NCBI GenBank assembly: GCA_038749105.1
Contig: JBCDIM010000013.1
Location: 1,825 to 65,824 of the forward strand
Source: Planctomycetota bacterium
Lineage (GTDB): Bacteria > Planctomycetota > Phycisphaerae > Phycisphaerales > Phycisphaeraceae
Reading direction: 5' to 3'
Length of the DNA stretch: 64,000 nucleotides
The first letter of the stretch is position 1. Every line of letters begins with the position of its first letter. The notes under the pieces were generated by a model. It was not told where the DNA came from. It did not search any database and saw only the letters and a list, made by a program, of their open reading frames with translations. A program made the position numbers and the translations under genes. Positions 33,075 to 42,243 of this stretch are shown here, piece after piece.

Positions 33075-34324
33075 TCGGCACACGGGTTGTTTTCCGCCTG
33101 CTCGTCGGTGATCCGCTTCTTGAAGCTCCGCCGGGCCATCCGGTATTTCTCACCATTCCAGACCTTGCCGAAAGGGCGGTCCAGGGCGGATCCCATGTCC
33201 AGCTCGTGCTCGAACGACCCGCAGCAGACCACGACCTCACCGTCCCAGTTGATCACGCTCTGCCGCCAAGGCCAGGCACAGTTGTGCATCTTGCTCCCAT
33301 TGAATTCTGGTCCCGGATGCGCTCCCGTATCGCGGATCGATTGATAGTTCGACAACACGTAATCCGGGTTCTTGGGGAGCCACTCTTCGAGGTGGTCTTT
33401 GGTCTTTTTCTGAAGGAGGTCGTCGGCAAGCCCGAGCGGCTGGAGCTTCTTATCACGATCGAGGAACCGTAGGTTCATCGAAGCCTGCGAGAAGATCGGC
33501 CGGCAGTCCAGTGACTCCGCCAGTTCGCGGAATACCTCGATCTCGTGCTCGTTGTGCCGTGTCACGACAAAGTTCAGCTGGATCACCGGCGTTGCCGACT
33601 GCAATCGTTGCCGGGTCTCCACGATGTGCTTAACCTTCGCCAGCGTGTCTTCGTAGCTCTTGCCCGGCTGATAGATCGCGAAGGTCTCCTGGCTCGCCCC
33701 GTGCAGCGAGCAGGTCAGCATGTCCAGACCCGACTCGATCAGCTTGGTCGCGTCGTCCTTCCCTTCGACCCCGCCGTCTTTGGTCTTCCGCGGCTCGATC
33801 CGGAACGCGTGCAGGTTGGATGAGATGTAGGTCCAGACGCCGCTGCGGTGCGAGTGGTTGATCATCCGGTAGATATCGTTGTGCACCAGCGGGTCGCCCC
33901 ACATCGACAGGTCCAGCTCGAACAGGTGGCGTTTGACCTGCTTGAACAGCTTTTCGAACGACGCGAAATCCATGCGGCCCTTGCGTCGCCCTTTGAGTCC
34001 CTGGCCGGTCGGGCAGAGCTGGCAGCGGGTGTTGCAGATGTTGGTCGGCTCGATCTTCATCGCATATGGCCGACCGATCACGCGTTCCCGCTTGAGCAGG
34101 AACTCCACGTTGATCAGGGCCATGTTGGCGAGTTTGTAGGCCGTGAGGTACCGGCGGTTCCGCCAGGCCCAGAAGACCCCCCGGGCCAGGAAATCGACCG
34201 CGGCGGTCATTCGTTGCAGCGGAGCCCTCAGGTCGGGTTTGGCCTTCCAGCGCCCGGTCAGGGCGGTGGCCTGCGCCAGCCGGCGGTCAAGCGTCGAGCT
34301 CAGTGTGGTCGCGATTGCGGTCAT
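33053..34324 (-). CDS. Radical SAM enzyme with C-terminal SPASM/twitch-type cysteine cluster
   Basis: IEPTNICNTRCQLCPTG (CxxxCxxC). C-terminal CAWPWRQSVINWDGEVVVCCGSFE ... NPCAECPG. The start ATG overlaps the stop of the upstream ligase gene (ATGA at 34321-34324). GC is visibly lower than in the neighbours. Confidence 0.8.
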   Translation of the reverse strand: MTAIATTLSSTLDRRLAQATALTGRWKAKPDLRAPLQRMTAAVDFLARGVFWAWRNRRYLTAYKLANMALINVEFLLKRERVIGRPYAMKIEPTNICNTRCQLCPTGQGLKGRRKGRMDFASFEKLFKQVKRHLFELDLSMWGDPLVHNDIYRMINHSHRSGVWTYISSNLHAFRIEPRKTKDGGVEGKDDATKLIESGLDMLTCSLHGASQETFAIYQPGKSYEDTLAKVKHIVETRQRLQSATPVIQLNFVVTRHNEHEIEVFRELAESLDCRPIFSQASMNLRFLDRDKKLQPLGLADDLLQKKTKDHLEEWLPKNPDYVLSNYQSIRDTGAHPGPEFNGSKMHNCAWPWRQSVINWDGEVVVCCGSFEHELDMGSALDRPFGKVWNGEKYRMARRSFKKRITDEQAENNPCAECPGFML

Positions 34325-35724
34325 ACCCAAGCCCCCACCCGACCGCGGACACCCGGCTCCGGCTCCGGCTCGGCTTCCGTCTCGGCCTCCGGCGCATCCT
34401 CGTCTTCTTTCAGGCCCTGCTCTGACTCGCGCCGCATCAGCACCGGAGCCAGCCCGCCCAGGGCCATCAGCATCCAGGGCAGTTCCACAGCTTCGGCCGA
34501 CAGGAACAGCGCCGCCACCATAAAGCACAGCAGGCTCGCCTGGAGCGCGAGGCATAGCCGGGCCCGGTCGCCCCAGGCCGCTGCCTCCGGATCACTGGTC
34601 GAAATCAGGGGCGGATCACCCCGCGCGGGCGTGCCGTGCAGCCGCTCGGCCTCGAAGAGGCACGTCTTGCGAGCACGCCCGAACCCGTAGAACGCCAGCC
34701 CGATCGCCAGCACATAGGCGAGCGCCGCGGGGATCCCCGAGTCGGCCGCAAGCTGCAGGTACTGGTTATGGATCGTGCGGTTCGCCATGTCCGCCCCGAA
34801 GTTGTACGACAGCCGGTTCGAGTTCCGAACACCCCGGCCCAGCAGCGGCTCGTCCCAGGCGATCCGCCAGGCTGCGCCCCACGCGTCGAACCGCGACTGG
34901 GCCGACTCGTCCTCCTGGAAGTTCTTCGTCGACATGAACCGGTCGCGGATCTCCGGCCCCGCCATCACCGCCACCGCCAGCGAAAGCGCCGCTAGCCCCA
35001 CCAGCGCCTGCTTCCTGGGCCGGTGGTGCACCAGCAGCCAGATCAACGCCACCGACAACGCCACCATCGCCCCCCGCGAGTACGTCATCATCACCGCGTG
35101 CATCATCAGCAGCCCGAGGAACACCGCGAACACCCGCTTGACCATCACCATCCGGCCCGCCTGCATCAGCCCGAACACATACGCAAACGGCACGCCCATC
35201 GCGATGAACGCGCCTGCCCCGTTGTTGTCCAGCCCCCCGAACCCGTGATGGAACACATCCAGCCGACCGCCCTCGAAGAAGTACATCGCGTTGATCGAAT
35301 ACGCGTGATACCCGATGCACAGCAGCACCATCCCACCGACCGCCCAGAGGTGCCAGGGCTTGCTGATGATCAAGCTCGCCAGGAAGAACACCAGCAGCAC
35401 CTTCCCGTACTCCATCGCCCAGGCCTGGGCCAGGTACGGGTCGTCCGCAGTCACCACGCTCATGGTCATGAATGCTGTGTAGGCCAGCACACAGAGCAGC
35501 ACCGCCCCGAGCCGGGCCTGCCGCCACACCTTGCTGAAGTGCAGCATCACCGACCCCAGCAGCGCGAACGCCGCGATCAGTGACCAACGCAGCTCAGGCC
35601 CGGTGTTCAACGACCAGTGCCAGATGTGCTGCGGGCGCAGTGTCGCCAACCCGTAATACAGCAGCAGCGGCCAGAAAGGCGAGATCAGCCCGCCCAACGC
35701 CCCCACACCAATGGCTACCGTCAT
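34321..35724 (-). CDS. O-antigen ligase-like (Wzy_C domain) polytopic membrane protein
   Basis: More than 10 TM segments. MMTYSRGAMVALSVALIWLLV resembles the Wzy_C core, followed by a large loop. Start set at MTVAIGVG (ATG 35724); the ORF continues to 35856 through lower-GC sequence. Confidence 0.7.
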   Translation of the reverse strand: MTVAIGVGALGGLISPFWPLLLYYGLATLRPQHIWHWSLNTGPELRWSLIAAFALLGSVMLHFSKVWRQARLGAVLLCVLAYTAFMTMSVVTADDPYLAQAWAMEYGKVLLVFFLASLIISKPWHLWAVGGMVLLCIGYHAYSINAMYFFEGGRLDVFHHGFGGLDNNGAGAFIAMGVPFAYVFGLMQAGRMVMVKRVFAVFLGLLMMHAVMMTYSRGAMVALSVALIWLLVHHRPRKQALVGLAALSLAVAVMAGPEIRDRFMSTKNFQEDESAQSRFDAWGAAWRIAWDEPLLGRGVRNSNRLSYNFGADMANRTIHNQYLQLAADSGIPAALAYVLAIGLAFYGFGRARKTCLFEAERLHGTPARGDPPLISTSDPEAAAWGDRARLCLALQASLLCFMVAALFLSAEAVELPWMLMALGGLAPVLMRRESEQGLKEDEDAPEAETEAEPEPEPGVRGRVGAWV

Positions 35725-35884
35725 AAACAGGAAGTGCTTCACAAGAAAAGACTGGAAGACGAGGAAGTTCAACGTCGGGTCGTCCGTGACATCGGGTACG
35801 CGCGGAAAACCCCCCGGTCTATGTCGGCCCCCAACCCAAACCGCCTCCCCGATCACCCCCAGGCCCCCCGGTTATCGGCCCCTC

Positions 35885-37333
35885 ATGCACACACCGACCC
35901 CCGCCTCCAACGGCCAGTCCGTCCCCCAACCCGATACACCCTCAATGGCCGAGCTGCTCCGACCACACCCATCCAGACGCCGGCTCAGGCTCCCGCTGAT
36001 CTGCGTGGCCGTATTCGTGCTCGCGTTTGCTGTCCGCGTTGCCATGGCTTCCGCGTTCGTCGGACTGGGTGCCCCGCCCGACGCCAACGCGAACATCGAT
36101 CAGGTCGACTTCGAGATTATCGCCTGGCACCTCGCCCAAGGCCACGGCTTCACCGTCGATGGCTCCACCCCCACCGCCCGTCGCGCCCTCGGGGCCCCGC
36201 TGATCTTTGCGCCCGTCTACCTGATCACCGGGCAACGCGACTTCGGGATCCTCCGCCTCTGGATCATCGCCCTCTCCGCCGCGACGTGCGTGCTGACCGC
36301 CCTGATCGCCCGACGCCTCGCCCCACCCCGCTACGCCACGCTTGCCGCCGCCCTGGCGGGCCTGGGCCTCGCCCTCTACCCCGGGCACGCCTACTACGCC
36401 ATGCACATGCTCAGCGAGCCCCCCTTCGCCGCGTGCCTCGCCCTGGCGACCTACCTCTCGCTCCTCGCTTGGCAGCACCCCGCAGCCCGCTCCCGGCAGA
36501 CCTGGATCCTCACCGCCGCCGCTGGCACCGCTTGGGCACTGCTCATCCTCACCAAGCCGCAGTTCATCCTGCTGCTCCCGCTCGCCGCCGCCGCGCTGGT
36601 CACCCCGCCGACCGTCCGCTGGCTCCGCCGCCGACCAGTCCGCCTCGTGCAGACGCCCGGCCCGCAGCTGGCCTTCGCGCTGCTCCTCACCACACTGCTC
36701 GTCGTGCCCTGGGGTGTCCGCAACCACCAACAGCTCGGCGTCACCGGGCTCTCCTCCATCGTCGGGCTCGGGCTCTGGGGCGGCAACAACGAGCTGATCC
36801 TTGACGACCCGATCTGGCGCGGCCGATGGCTCCGCATCAGCGAGGTCGAACGCCGGCTCAACCAGCCACTGCCCGACGGCGAAGCCGCCGCCAACCGCGA
36901 GGCCAAGCAGCGCGGCCTCGCCTTCATGAGAGCCCACGCCGCCGAGATGCCCGCCCTCACCCTAACCAAGCTGCAACGCCTCGTCACGCCCTTCCCCCGC
37001 ACCACCAACACCGCCGCCCGCTGGTCCGAAGCGCTCGCCTGGATCACCCTCGCCCCGCTGACCCTCCTCGGCCTCATCCACCTGCTCCGGCACCAACGCC
37101 ACACCCTGGCGTTACCCCTGCTCCTCGCCCCGGTCGTCGTCACCGTCGGTACCGCGGCCGTCTTCTTCGGCATCGTCCGCTACCGCAACGCCCTGGCCCC
37201 CACGCTCCTGGTCCTGGGCGCCCTCGGCCTCGCCTCGCTCCTACACGCCCTCCGCAGCCGCTACGCCAAACCTAACCACACTGCTTACCCGCTGCGCACC
37301 GAAGAGCCACTCCCGACGCGCCGGGCCGCGTGA
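35885..37333 (+). CDS. GT-C fold glycosyltransferase (ArnT / PMT_2, family 39/83-like)
   Basis: Polytopic. N-terminal TM followed by DQVDFEIIAWHLAQGHGF (the D-x-x-Y/F ... G-x-G loop typical of ArnT/PMT-like enzymes). Alternative start 35945. Confidence 0.6.
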   Translation: MHTPTPASNGQSVPQPDTPSMAELLRPHPSRRRLRLPLICVAVFVLAFAVRVAMASAFVGLGAPPDANANIDQVDFEIIAWHLAQGHGFTVDGSTPTARRALGAPLIFAPVYLITGQRDFGILRLWIIALSAATCVLTALIARRLAPPRYATLAAALAGLGLALYPGHAYYAMHMLSEPPFAACLALATYLSLLAWQHPAARSRQTWILTAAAGTAWALLILTKPQFILLLPLAAAALVTPPTVRWLRRRPVRLVQTPGPQLAFALLLTTLLVVPWGVRNHQQLGVTGLSSIVGLGLWGGNNELILDDPIWRGRWLRISEVERRLNQPLPDGEAAANREAKQRGLAFMRAHAAEMPALTLTKLQRLVTPFPRTTNTAARWSEALAWITLAPLTLLGLIHLLRHQRHTLALPLLLAPVVVTVGTAAVFFGIVRYRNALAPTLLVLGALGLASLLHALRSRYAKPNHTAYPLRTEEPLPTRRAA

Positions 37334-37366
37334 TACACCAGCGACTGGGCCGTACGCCCCGCCCGA

Positions 37367-38035
37367 TCACACCCCGATCTGCCGCAGCACCCAGTCCAGC
37401 CCGTCCATCCCCATCCGGTGCAGGTTGAACGCCGCCGGCACCAGCACCCGCGACGAGAGCACAAACACCCCTACAAACGCCAGCATCCACACGCCCCGCT
37501 TCGCCGGGTCCGACACCGCCCGCGCATACCCGTCGCTGAAGTTCGCCATGATGTGCGACCCGTCCAGCGGCGGCACGGGCATCAGGTTGAACAGCATCAG
37601 CAGCAGGTTGATGTAGCCGAACACCACCAGGAAGTTCACCAGGTTGCCCCGCCAGTCCGGGTCCTCCGGCCGAAACCCCAGCCGAAGACAAACCGTCAGC
37701 CCCACCACCCCCACCGCCGCCAGCAGCAGGTTCGTCACCGGCCCCGCCACCGCCACCAACGCCTCGGCAAACTTGCCCCGAAGCCGGCCCGGGTCGATCG
37801 GCATCTGGCCCCACGCGATCCCCGCAATAAACAACGCCAGCAGCGACCACGGCCCCATGTGCACCAAAGGGTTCCCCGTCATCCGGCCCATCGCCTGGGG
37901 CGTTGGATCCCCCAGCCGCAAGGCCATCCAACCGTGGGCCAGCTCGTGCAGCACGATGCTGATCACCACCGTCACAATCACCGAGCAGAAGAAGAACGGG
38001 TTCTCTGCCGCGGACGTGATAAACAGGCTGCCCAT
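37367..38035 (-). CDS. Site-2 protease family (M50) intramembrane metalloprotease, short form without PDZ
   Basis: HELAHG (HExxH) in TM1 and FNLMPVPPLDGSH (NxxPxxxLDG). Confidence 0.85.
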   Translation of the reverse strand: MGSLFITSAAENPFFFCSVIVTVVISIVLHELAHGWMALRLGDPTPQAMGRMTGNPLVHMGPWSLLALFIAGIAWGQMPIDPGRLRGKFAEALVAVAGPVTNLLLAAVGVVGLTVCLRLGFRPEDPDWRGNLVNFLVVFGYINLLLMLFNLMPVPPLDGSHIMANFSDGYARAVSDPAKRGVWMLAFVGVFVLSSRVLVPAAFNLHRMGMDGLDWVLRQIGV

Positions 38036-38086
38036 GGGTTACTGTGCTCAGCGGAATCGGTCTTCAAGCCACAAAGACGTGCGGCC

Positions 38087-39319
38087 ATGATAGGACAGCC
38101 ATCGGATCAATCCCCCGCCCGGCTCGACCCCCGATATAACCGGGCGGCTTTTGTGCTCGTGCTCGCGGCACTCTTGATGCTCACCGGCTGCGCGGGCTCA
38201 CCCATGCCCACCGCCGACCCCGCCGCCCCCGACTACGCCCGGCCTCTCCCGCCCGGCCAGCCCGCACTCCGCCTCGTCAACGACCCCACCGCCCACCTGT
38301 CCTGGGACGAGCTCGCTCTCCAGGCCCAGCGGCCCGGCTTCCGCGCCGCCCTCGACCGCAGCCGTGTCTGGTTCACCCTCCCGTCCTCGCCCACCCACTT
38401 CCCCCGCTCCGGGATCACCTTCGACCACGCCAAACGCAGCGTCGATGCCTTCGCCGAACTCCTCGATCAACACACCAACCCGGCCGACCAACCCGCGCTC
38501 ACCGCCGCACTCGAAGCCCGCTTCGATCTCTACATGTCCGTCGGCTGGGACGACGCCGGCACCGTCCTCTTCACCGCCTACTACTCCCCCGAGTTCACCG
38601 CCTCAAAAAACCCGGACGCCACCTTCCGCTACCCGCTCTACCAACGCCCCGCCGACCTCGTCTCCGACCCCCGCACCGGCGAAGTCTTCGGCCGAGCCAC
38701 CGCCGCGGGTTACGAGCCATACCCCACTCGCGCCCAGCTCCTCGACTCGGGCGCCCTCCAGGGCACCGAACTCGTCTACCTCCCGGCTCGCCTCGACGCC
38801 TATCTCATCGAGGTCAACGGCTCGGCCAAGCTCAACATGACCGACGGCTCGGTGATGTACGTCGGCCACGCCGGCACCAACGGCCGAGACTACACCTCCA
38901 TCGGCCGAGAGCTCGTCGCCGACGGCAAGCTCGACCCCGCCACCGCCTCGCTGCCTACCCTCAAGGCCCACTTCGAGCAGTCCCCCGACGAGCTGCCCGG
39001 CTACATCCGCCGCAACGACCGCATGGTCTTCTTCAAGGCCTACCCCGGCACCGACTGGCCCGCCGGCTCGCTCGGCTTTACCGTTACTCCTTACCGCTCC
39101 GTCGCCACCGACAAGGCCATCTTCCCACGCGGCGGCGTGACCTTCGCCACCGTCCCCAACCAGGGCATCCGCCTGCTCATGCTGGACCAGGACACCGGCG
39201 GCGCGATCCGAGCCCCCGGCCGTGCCGACCTCTACTTCGGGATCGGCGATGCCGCCGAAGCCGACGCCGGACGTGTCGCCCACGAGGGCAGGCTGTTCTA
39301 TTTGCTCACAACCCGTTAG
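38087..39319 (+). CDS. mltA: Murein transglycosylase A lipoprotein
   Basis: Lipobox LMLTGC. MltA-specific domain plus 3D domain LMLDQDTGGAIRAPGRADLYFGIG. Confidence 0.85.
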   Translation: MIGQPSDQSPARLDPRYNRAAFVLVLAALLMLTGCAGSPMPTADPAAPDYARPLPPGQPALRLVNDPTAHLSWDELALQAQRPGFRAALDRSRVWFTLPSSPTHFPRSGITFDHAKRSVDAFAELLDQHTNPADQPALTAALEARFDLYMSVGWDDAGTVLFTAYYSPEFTASKNPDATFRYPLYQRPADLVSDPRTGEVFGRATAAGYEPYPTRAQLLDSGALQGTELVYLPARLDAYLIEVNGSAKLNMTDGSVMYVGHAGTNGRDYTSIGRELVADGKLDPATASLPTLKAHFEQSPDELPGYIRRNDRMVFFKAYPGTDWPAGSLGFTVTPYRSVATDKAIFPRGGVTFATVPNQGIRLLMLDQDTGGAIRAPGRADLYFGIGDAAEADAGRVAHEGRLFYLLTTR

Positions 39320-39370
39320 ATGGCCCCCAACCACCTTCCATCGCCTGTCTAACCGCCGCGACCCAGACAA

Positions 39371-40270
39371 TCAGGGTGGTGGCGGCTGCCAGTCGGGGTC
39401 GCCTATCGTCGCCGCTAGATTGTTCCACCGCGTCATATCCGACAACGCAACGAAATCAAGATAGGTCGCCGAGCCATCGAGGTGAGACACAATCGCGCTC
39501 TCCTGGCAGCGGAAATCAACCGAGCCCGTATCTTCAGGGACCCCGTCCGGATCGTACGCCGTACCCTGCCACCGGTTCGAAGCGAGTTGATCACTCGGGG
39601 CGGTCACTCGGTAGTTCCCCGGCACCACGTCTTCGCCCGCCGCATCAAGCCCGAACGCCGAAGCGAAGACCAGCAGCCGACTGGGGTCCACCGCCTCTTC
39701 AAACCGGCGGACCACGCCGGGGTTGTTCTCGGTGTTACCCCCCAAGACGAAATAGCCTCCAACGTTATTGGTGTTCATCCCGAAGCTCGGGTTAATGCTG
39801 ACGCGGTACATCCAGACACCGTACTCCGGGTCGCCAGCCCCACCGGTGAAGTCTGTGCTAAACGCAGCCCCGCCTGGCGGGGTAGCGTCCGCATCGGCCC
39901 GCTCGTTGATTAGCACCGACCCTTCCAACGCGTAATCCAGGTAGTTCACCAGCCGCCACGGATAACGCCAAGCTGAGACCCCAAAGAACGGCTCACCGTT
40001 CGGTGCGTAGCCCGGCTCGTCCACCGCATAGCCCTTGATAATCAACCCGTCCTCGTCCAATGACCTGATCGTCACCGCTTGGAGGAGCGTCCGCGCAGCC
40101 GCCAATTCGGCCGCACACGCCGCCGCCTGCCGGCTGGCACCCAACACCGGCAGCAGAATACCAATCAGCAGCGCAATGATGCTGATCACCACCAACAACT
40201 CCACCAAGGTAAAACCACGCACTGCCCGATACTTCACGCCGTGTTCCTTTGCAAGGAGCATCCCGAACAA
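39371..40270 (-). CDS. Prepilin-type N-terminal cleavage/methylation domain protein (DUF1559 / HX9DG-type pseudopilin-like)
   Basis: RGFTLVELLVVISIIALLIGILLPVLG prepilin signal. The C-terminal ...VSHLDGSATYLD resembles the DG end of the HX9DG motif. 24-nt gap to the upstream PEP-CTERM gene. Confidence 0.8.
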   Translation of the reverse strand: MFGMLLAKEHGVKYRAVRGFTLVELLVVISIIALLIGILLPVLGASRQAAACAAELAAARTLLQAVTIRSLDEDGLIIKGYAVDEPGYAPNGEPFFGVSAWRYPWRLVNYLDYALEGSVLINERADADATPPGGAAFSTDFTGGAGDPEYGVWMYRVSINPSFGMNTNNVGGYFVLGGNTENNPGVVRRFEEAVDPSRLLVFASAFGLDAAGEDVVPGNYRVTAPSDQLASNRWQGTAYDPDGVPEDTGSVDFRCQESAIVSHLDGSATYLDFVALSDMTRWNNLAATIGDPDWQPPPP

Positions 40271-40294
40271 TCGCCCGCAGCGTAATCCAATGCC

Positions 40295-41074
40295 TTAGAT
40301 CTTGGCGGCTGCACGCCGACGCCGGCCACACACCACAGCCCCGCTCAAGCCAAACAGCAGCAACGCGTTTGGTTCGGGGATTACCAATGCGAAGGTATCG
40401 CTCTGATCAAGTTGGAGAGCAAGGATCGTACTACTTGTTCCCGCCGTCTCGAAACGGACATCCACCTCACTGATCGGCCCAAGGCCACGCAAGTCCCACT
40501 GATACCGCAGCGTCCCGACCGGCACCGGCCCAAAGCCCGAATCGAAAGGGGGGGCCACCGAAAGATCAGACGCTACATAACCGATATTGGTGGTCTCATC
40601 CCCGTTGATGTAGAGCGTCGGATCATCCTCCAAGTACACGCCAAACTCGGAGCCCGATCCGATCTCGATCTGAAAAATCAGCGTTTCGATGTCAGTCACA
40701 GGCGTGGTGTCGAAGACCTTGAATACGCCGCTGCCGTTCGGCGACGTATAGATGCTGATCCCCGCCGGGTAGCCATTGCCTGAGACCTTGTCGAAGAGGG
40801 CGTCACCCGTGGGGTCATCGTCGCTGGAGCTAAAGGTATTGAACGTGAGTAGCGACTCGATCGGTTCCGGCCACAGAGCCGAACCAGGAAAATTGGGGAA
40901 GATCGGATCGGCCGTCGCGACCTGCGGATTCGTCCGCGTCAGGTTGTCCCACGCATCGAAGTCCGCACTACCCGGAAGACTGACCGAGGTGACGACGGCA
41001 ACCGCACTTTGGGTCCACAGCAACGCAGCCAAGACCGAAACACTGGCGTATCGCGATTGAGTCAAAGCAAGCAT
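40295..41074 (-). CDS. PEP-CTERM sorting-domain protein (paralog 1)
   Basis: Signal peptide SVLAALLWTQSAVA. C-terminus VIPEPNALLLFGLSGAVVCGRRRR (PEP motif, TM, Arg cluster). Shares WDNL..TNPQV and SSDDDPTGDA.FDK.SG.GYP.G.SIY blocks with 41266..42066. Confidence 0.85.
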   Translation of the reverse strand: MLALTQSRYASVSVLAALLWTQSAVAVVTSVSLPGSADFDAWDNLTRTNPQVATADPIFPNFPGSALWPEPIESLLTFNTFSSSDDDPTGDALFDKVSGNGYPAGISIYTSPNGSGVFKVFDTTPVTDIETLIFQIEIGSGSEFGVYLEDDPTLYINGDETTNIGYVASDLSVAPPFDSGFGPVPVGTLRYQWDLRGLGPISEVDVRFETAGTSSTILALQLDQSDTFALVIPEPNALLLFGLSGAVVCGRRRRAAAKI

Positions 41075-41265
41075 CCTAAGCCTTACCGAATCACCGGATG
41101 TTTGTCCGGAATGCCCAAACCATCAACCTTGTGGCTAACCGAGCGACAGTGTGACAGTCATTCGGCGAGGGTGTGGTCACCTCGATCCAGAAAACCGCCC
41201 ACGTCCCCCCCAAAAACACTCCGACGCCGGTCAAGGAGAGGGAGTGATCGGATCGCGACAGCGGC

Positions 41266-42066
41266 TCAGCCTTCCCGCCGACGACGTCGAGCCGTAAGCA
41301 TGACACCGCCCAGCCCGAGCAGGGCCAAGGAGGCCGGCTCAGGAATCACTTGGGACAACGGGGCAAACGTATCGCCCTGGTCAAGCTGCAATTGACGGAT
41401 ACTGGTACTCGACCCACCCATGGTGAAATCGATGTCGAACGAGCCGATGGGATCGCTGATTCCGGAGACGTCCCAACTAAAAGCGATTGTGTTGACCGTC
41501 AGGGGGCCAAACTCTCCAGCGGGGTCAAAAATAGACTCAAGAATAGAAACCTCGGTCGGAAGGATCGTGGGAGTGTCACCGTTTACGCCAAGCACCGGAT
41601 CGCCAGCCAGAAAAACACCGCCATCACCACTGCCTAACTGGATCTGAAAGACCACGATTTCAAGATCGTCGACGGGGGTGGCGTCGGAGATACGATGGAC
41701 TGCGGGGATGTGCGGCGGAGCGGGCGCCGGAAACTGTGGCCCGCCATAGATCGACTGGCCGGACGGATAGCCCTGCCCCGAAAGCTTGTCGAACTGGGCG
41801 TCTCCGGTGGGGTCATCGTCAGACGTGTCAAATGTGCCCTGGGTCAAAACGGACTCGATCGGGACAGCCCAGGGCTGCAAACCGGGGAAGCCGCCGAACG
41901 CCCCAGGAGCCACCAGCACCTGCGGGTTAGTCGCCGACAGGTTGTCCCACCCGTCATTCTGCGTGTCACCCGACAGAAAAACCTCCACGGGCTCGGCCTG
42001 TGCCGAACCCGCAACAACAATTCCAGCAGCAGCAATCGCTGCCAACATGGTGGACCGACTCGTCAT
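41266..42066 (-). CDS. PEP-CTERM sorting-domain protein (paralog 2)
   Basis: Start set at MTSRSTMLAAIAAAGIVVAGSAQA with GGAGG 8 nt upstream. C-terminus VIPEPASLALLGLGGVMLTARRRRR. Confidence 0.85.
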   Translation of the reverse strand: MTSRSTMLAAIAAAGIVVAGSAQAEPVEVFLSGDTQNDGWDNLSATNPQVLVAPGAFGGFPGLQPWAVPIESVLTQGTFDTSDDDPTGDAQFDKLSGQGYPSGQSIYGGPQFPAPAPPHIPAVHRISDATPVDDLEIVVFQIQLGSGDGGVFLAGDPVLGVNGDTPTILPTEVSILESIFDPAGEFGPLTVNTIAFSWDVSGISDPIGSFDIDFTMGGSSTSIRQLQLDQGDTFAPLSQVIPEPASLALLGLGGVMLTARRRRREG

Positions 42067-42214
42067 TTCAAAACCTCCACAAAAGGGGCGGGCTGGACAG
42101 CCCAAAGGGCGGGATCCGCTGTGGCAGCAGGCCACTCGGACTCAAGCGATTCGAGCGGTTGTGCTTAAGAACAAAAGCGCTCCTTAGCAGCTGAGACTCT
42201 GTCGCTGGTCACAG

Positions 42215-42243
42215 ATACTAGAAAGACTGCGACACGTTTGCAA
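42215..42243 (-). promoter_or_regulatory. Candidate sigma70-type promoter for the PEP-CTERM/pseudopilin gene string
   Basis: The minus strand reads TTGCAA (42243-42238), a 17-nt spacer, then TAGTAT (42220-42215), within an AT-richer spacer. This implies a 5' UTR of about 140 nt before ATG 42066. Confidence 0.4.

Noticed and set aside
37418-38086. N-terminal 223-codon extension of the mltA ORF. Analogous upstream extensions occur at 18655-18930 (korA), 20006-20140, 43667-43957, 44817-45257, 50002-50415 (nadC) and 59318-59536 (GH4).
   Set aside because: The extensions overlap neighbouring genes or run antisense through them. They translate to Arg/Pro-rich sequence. Each is followed by an internal Met that begins a proper signal peptide or the conserved N-terminus of the family.
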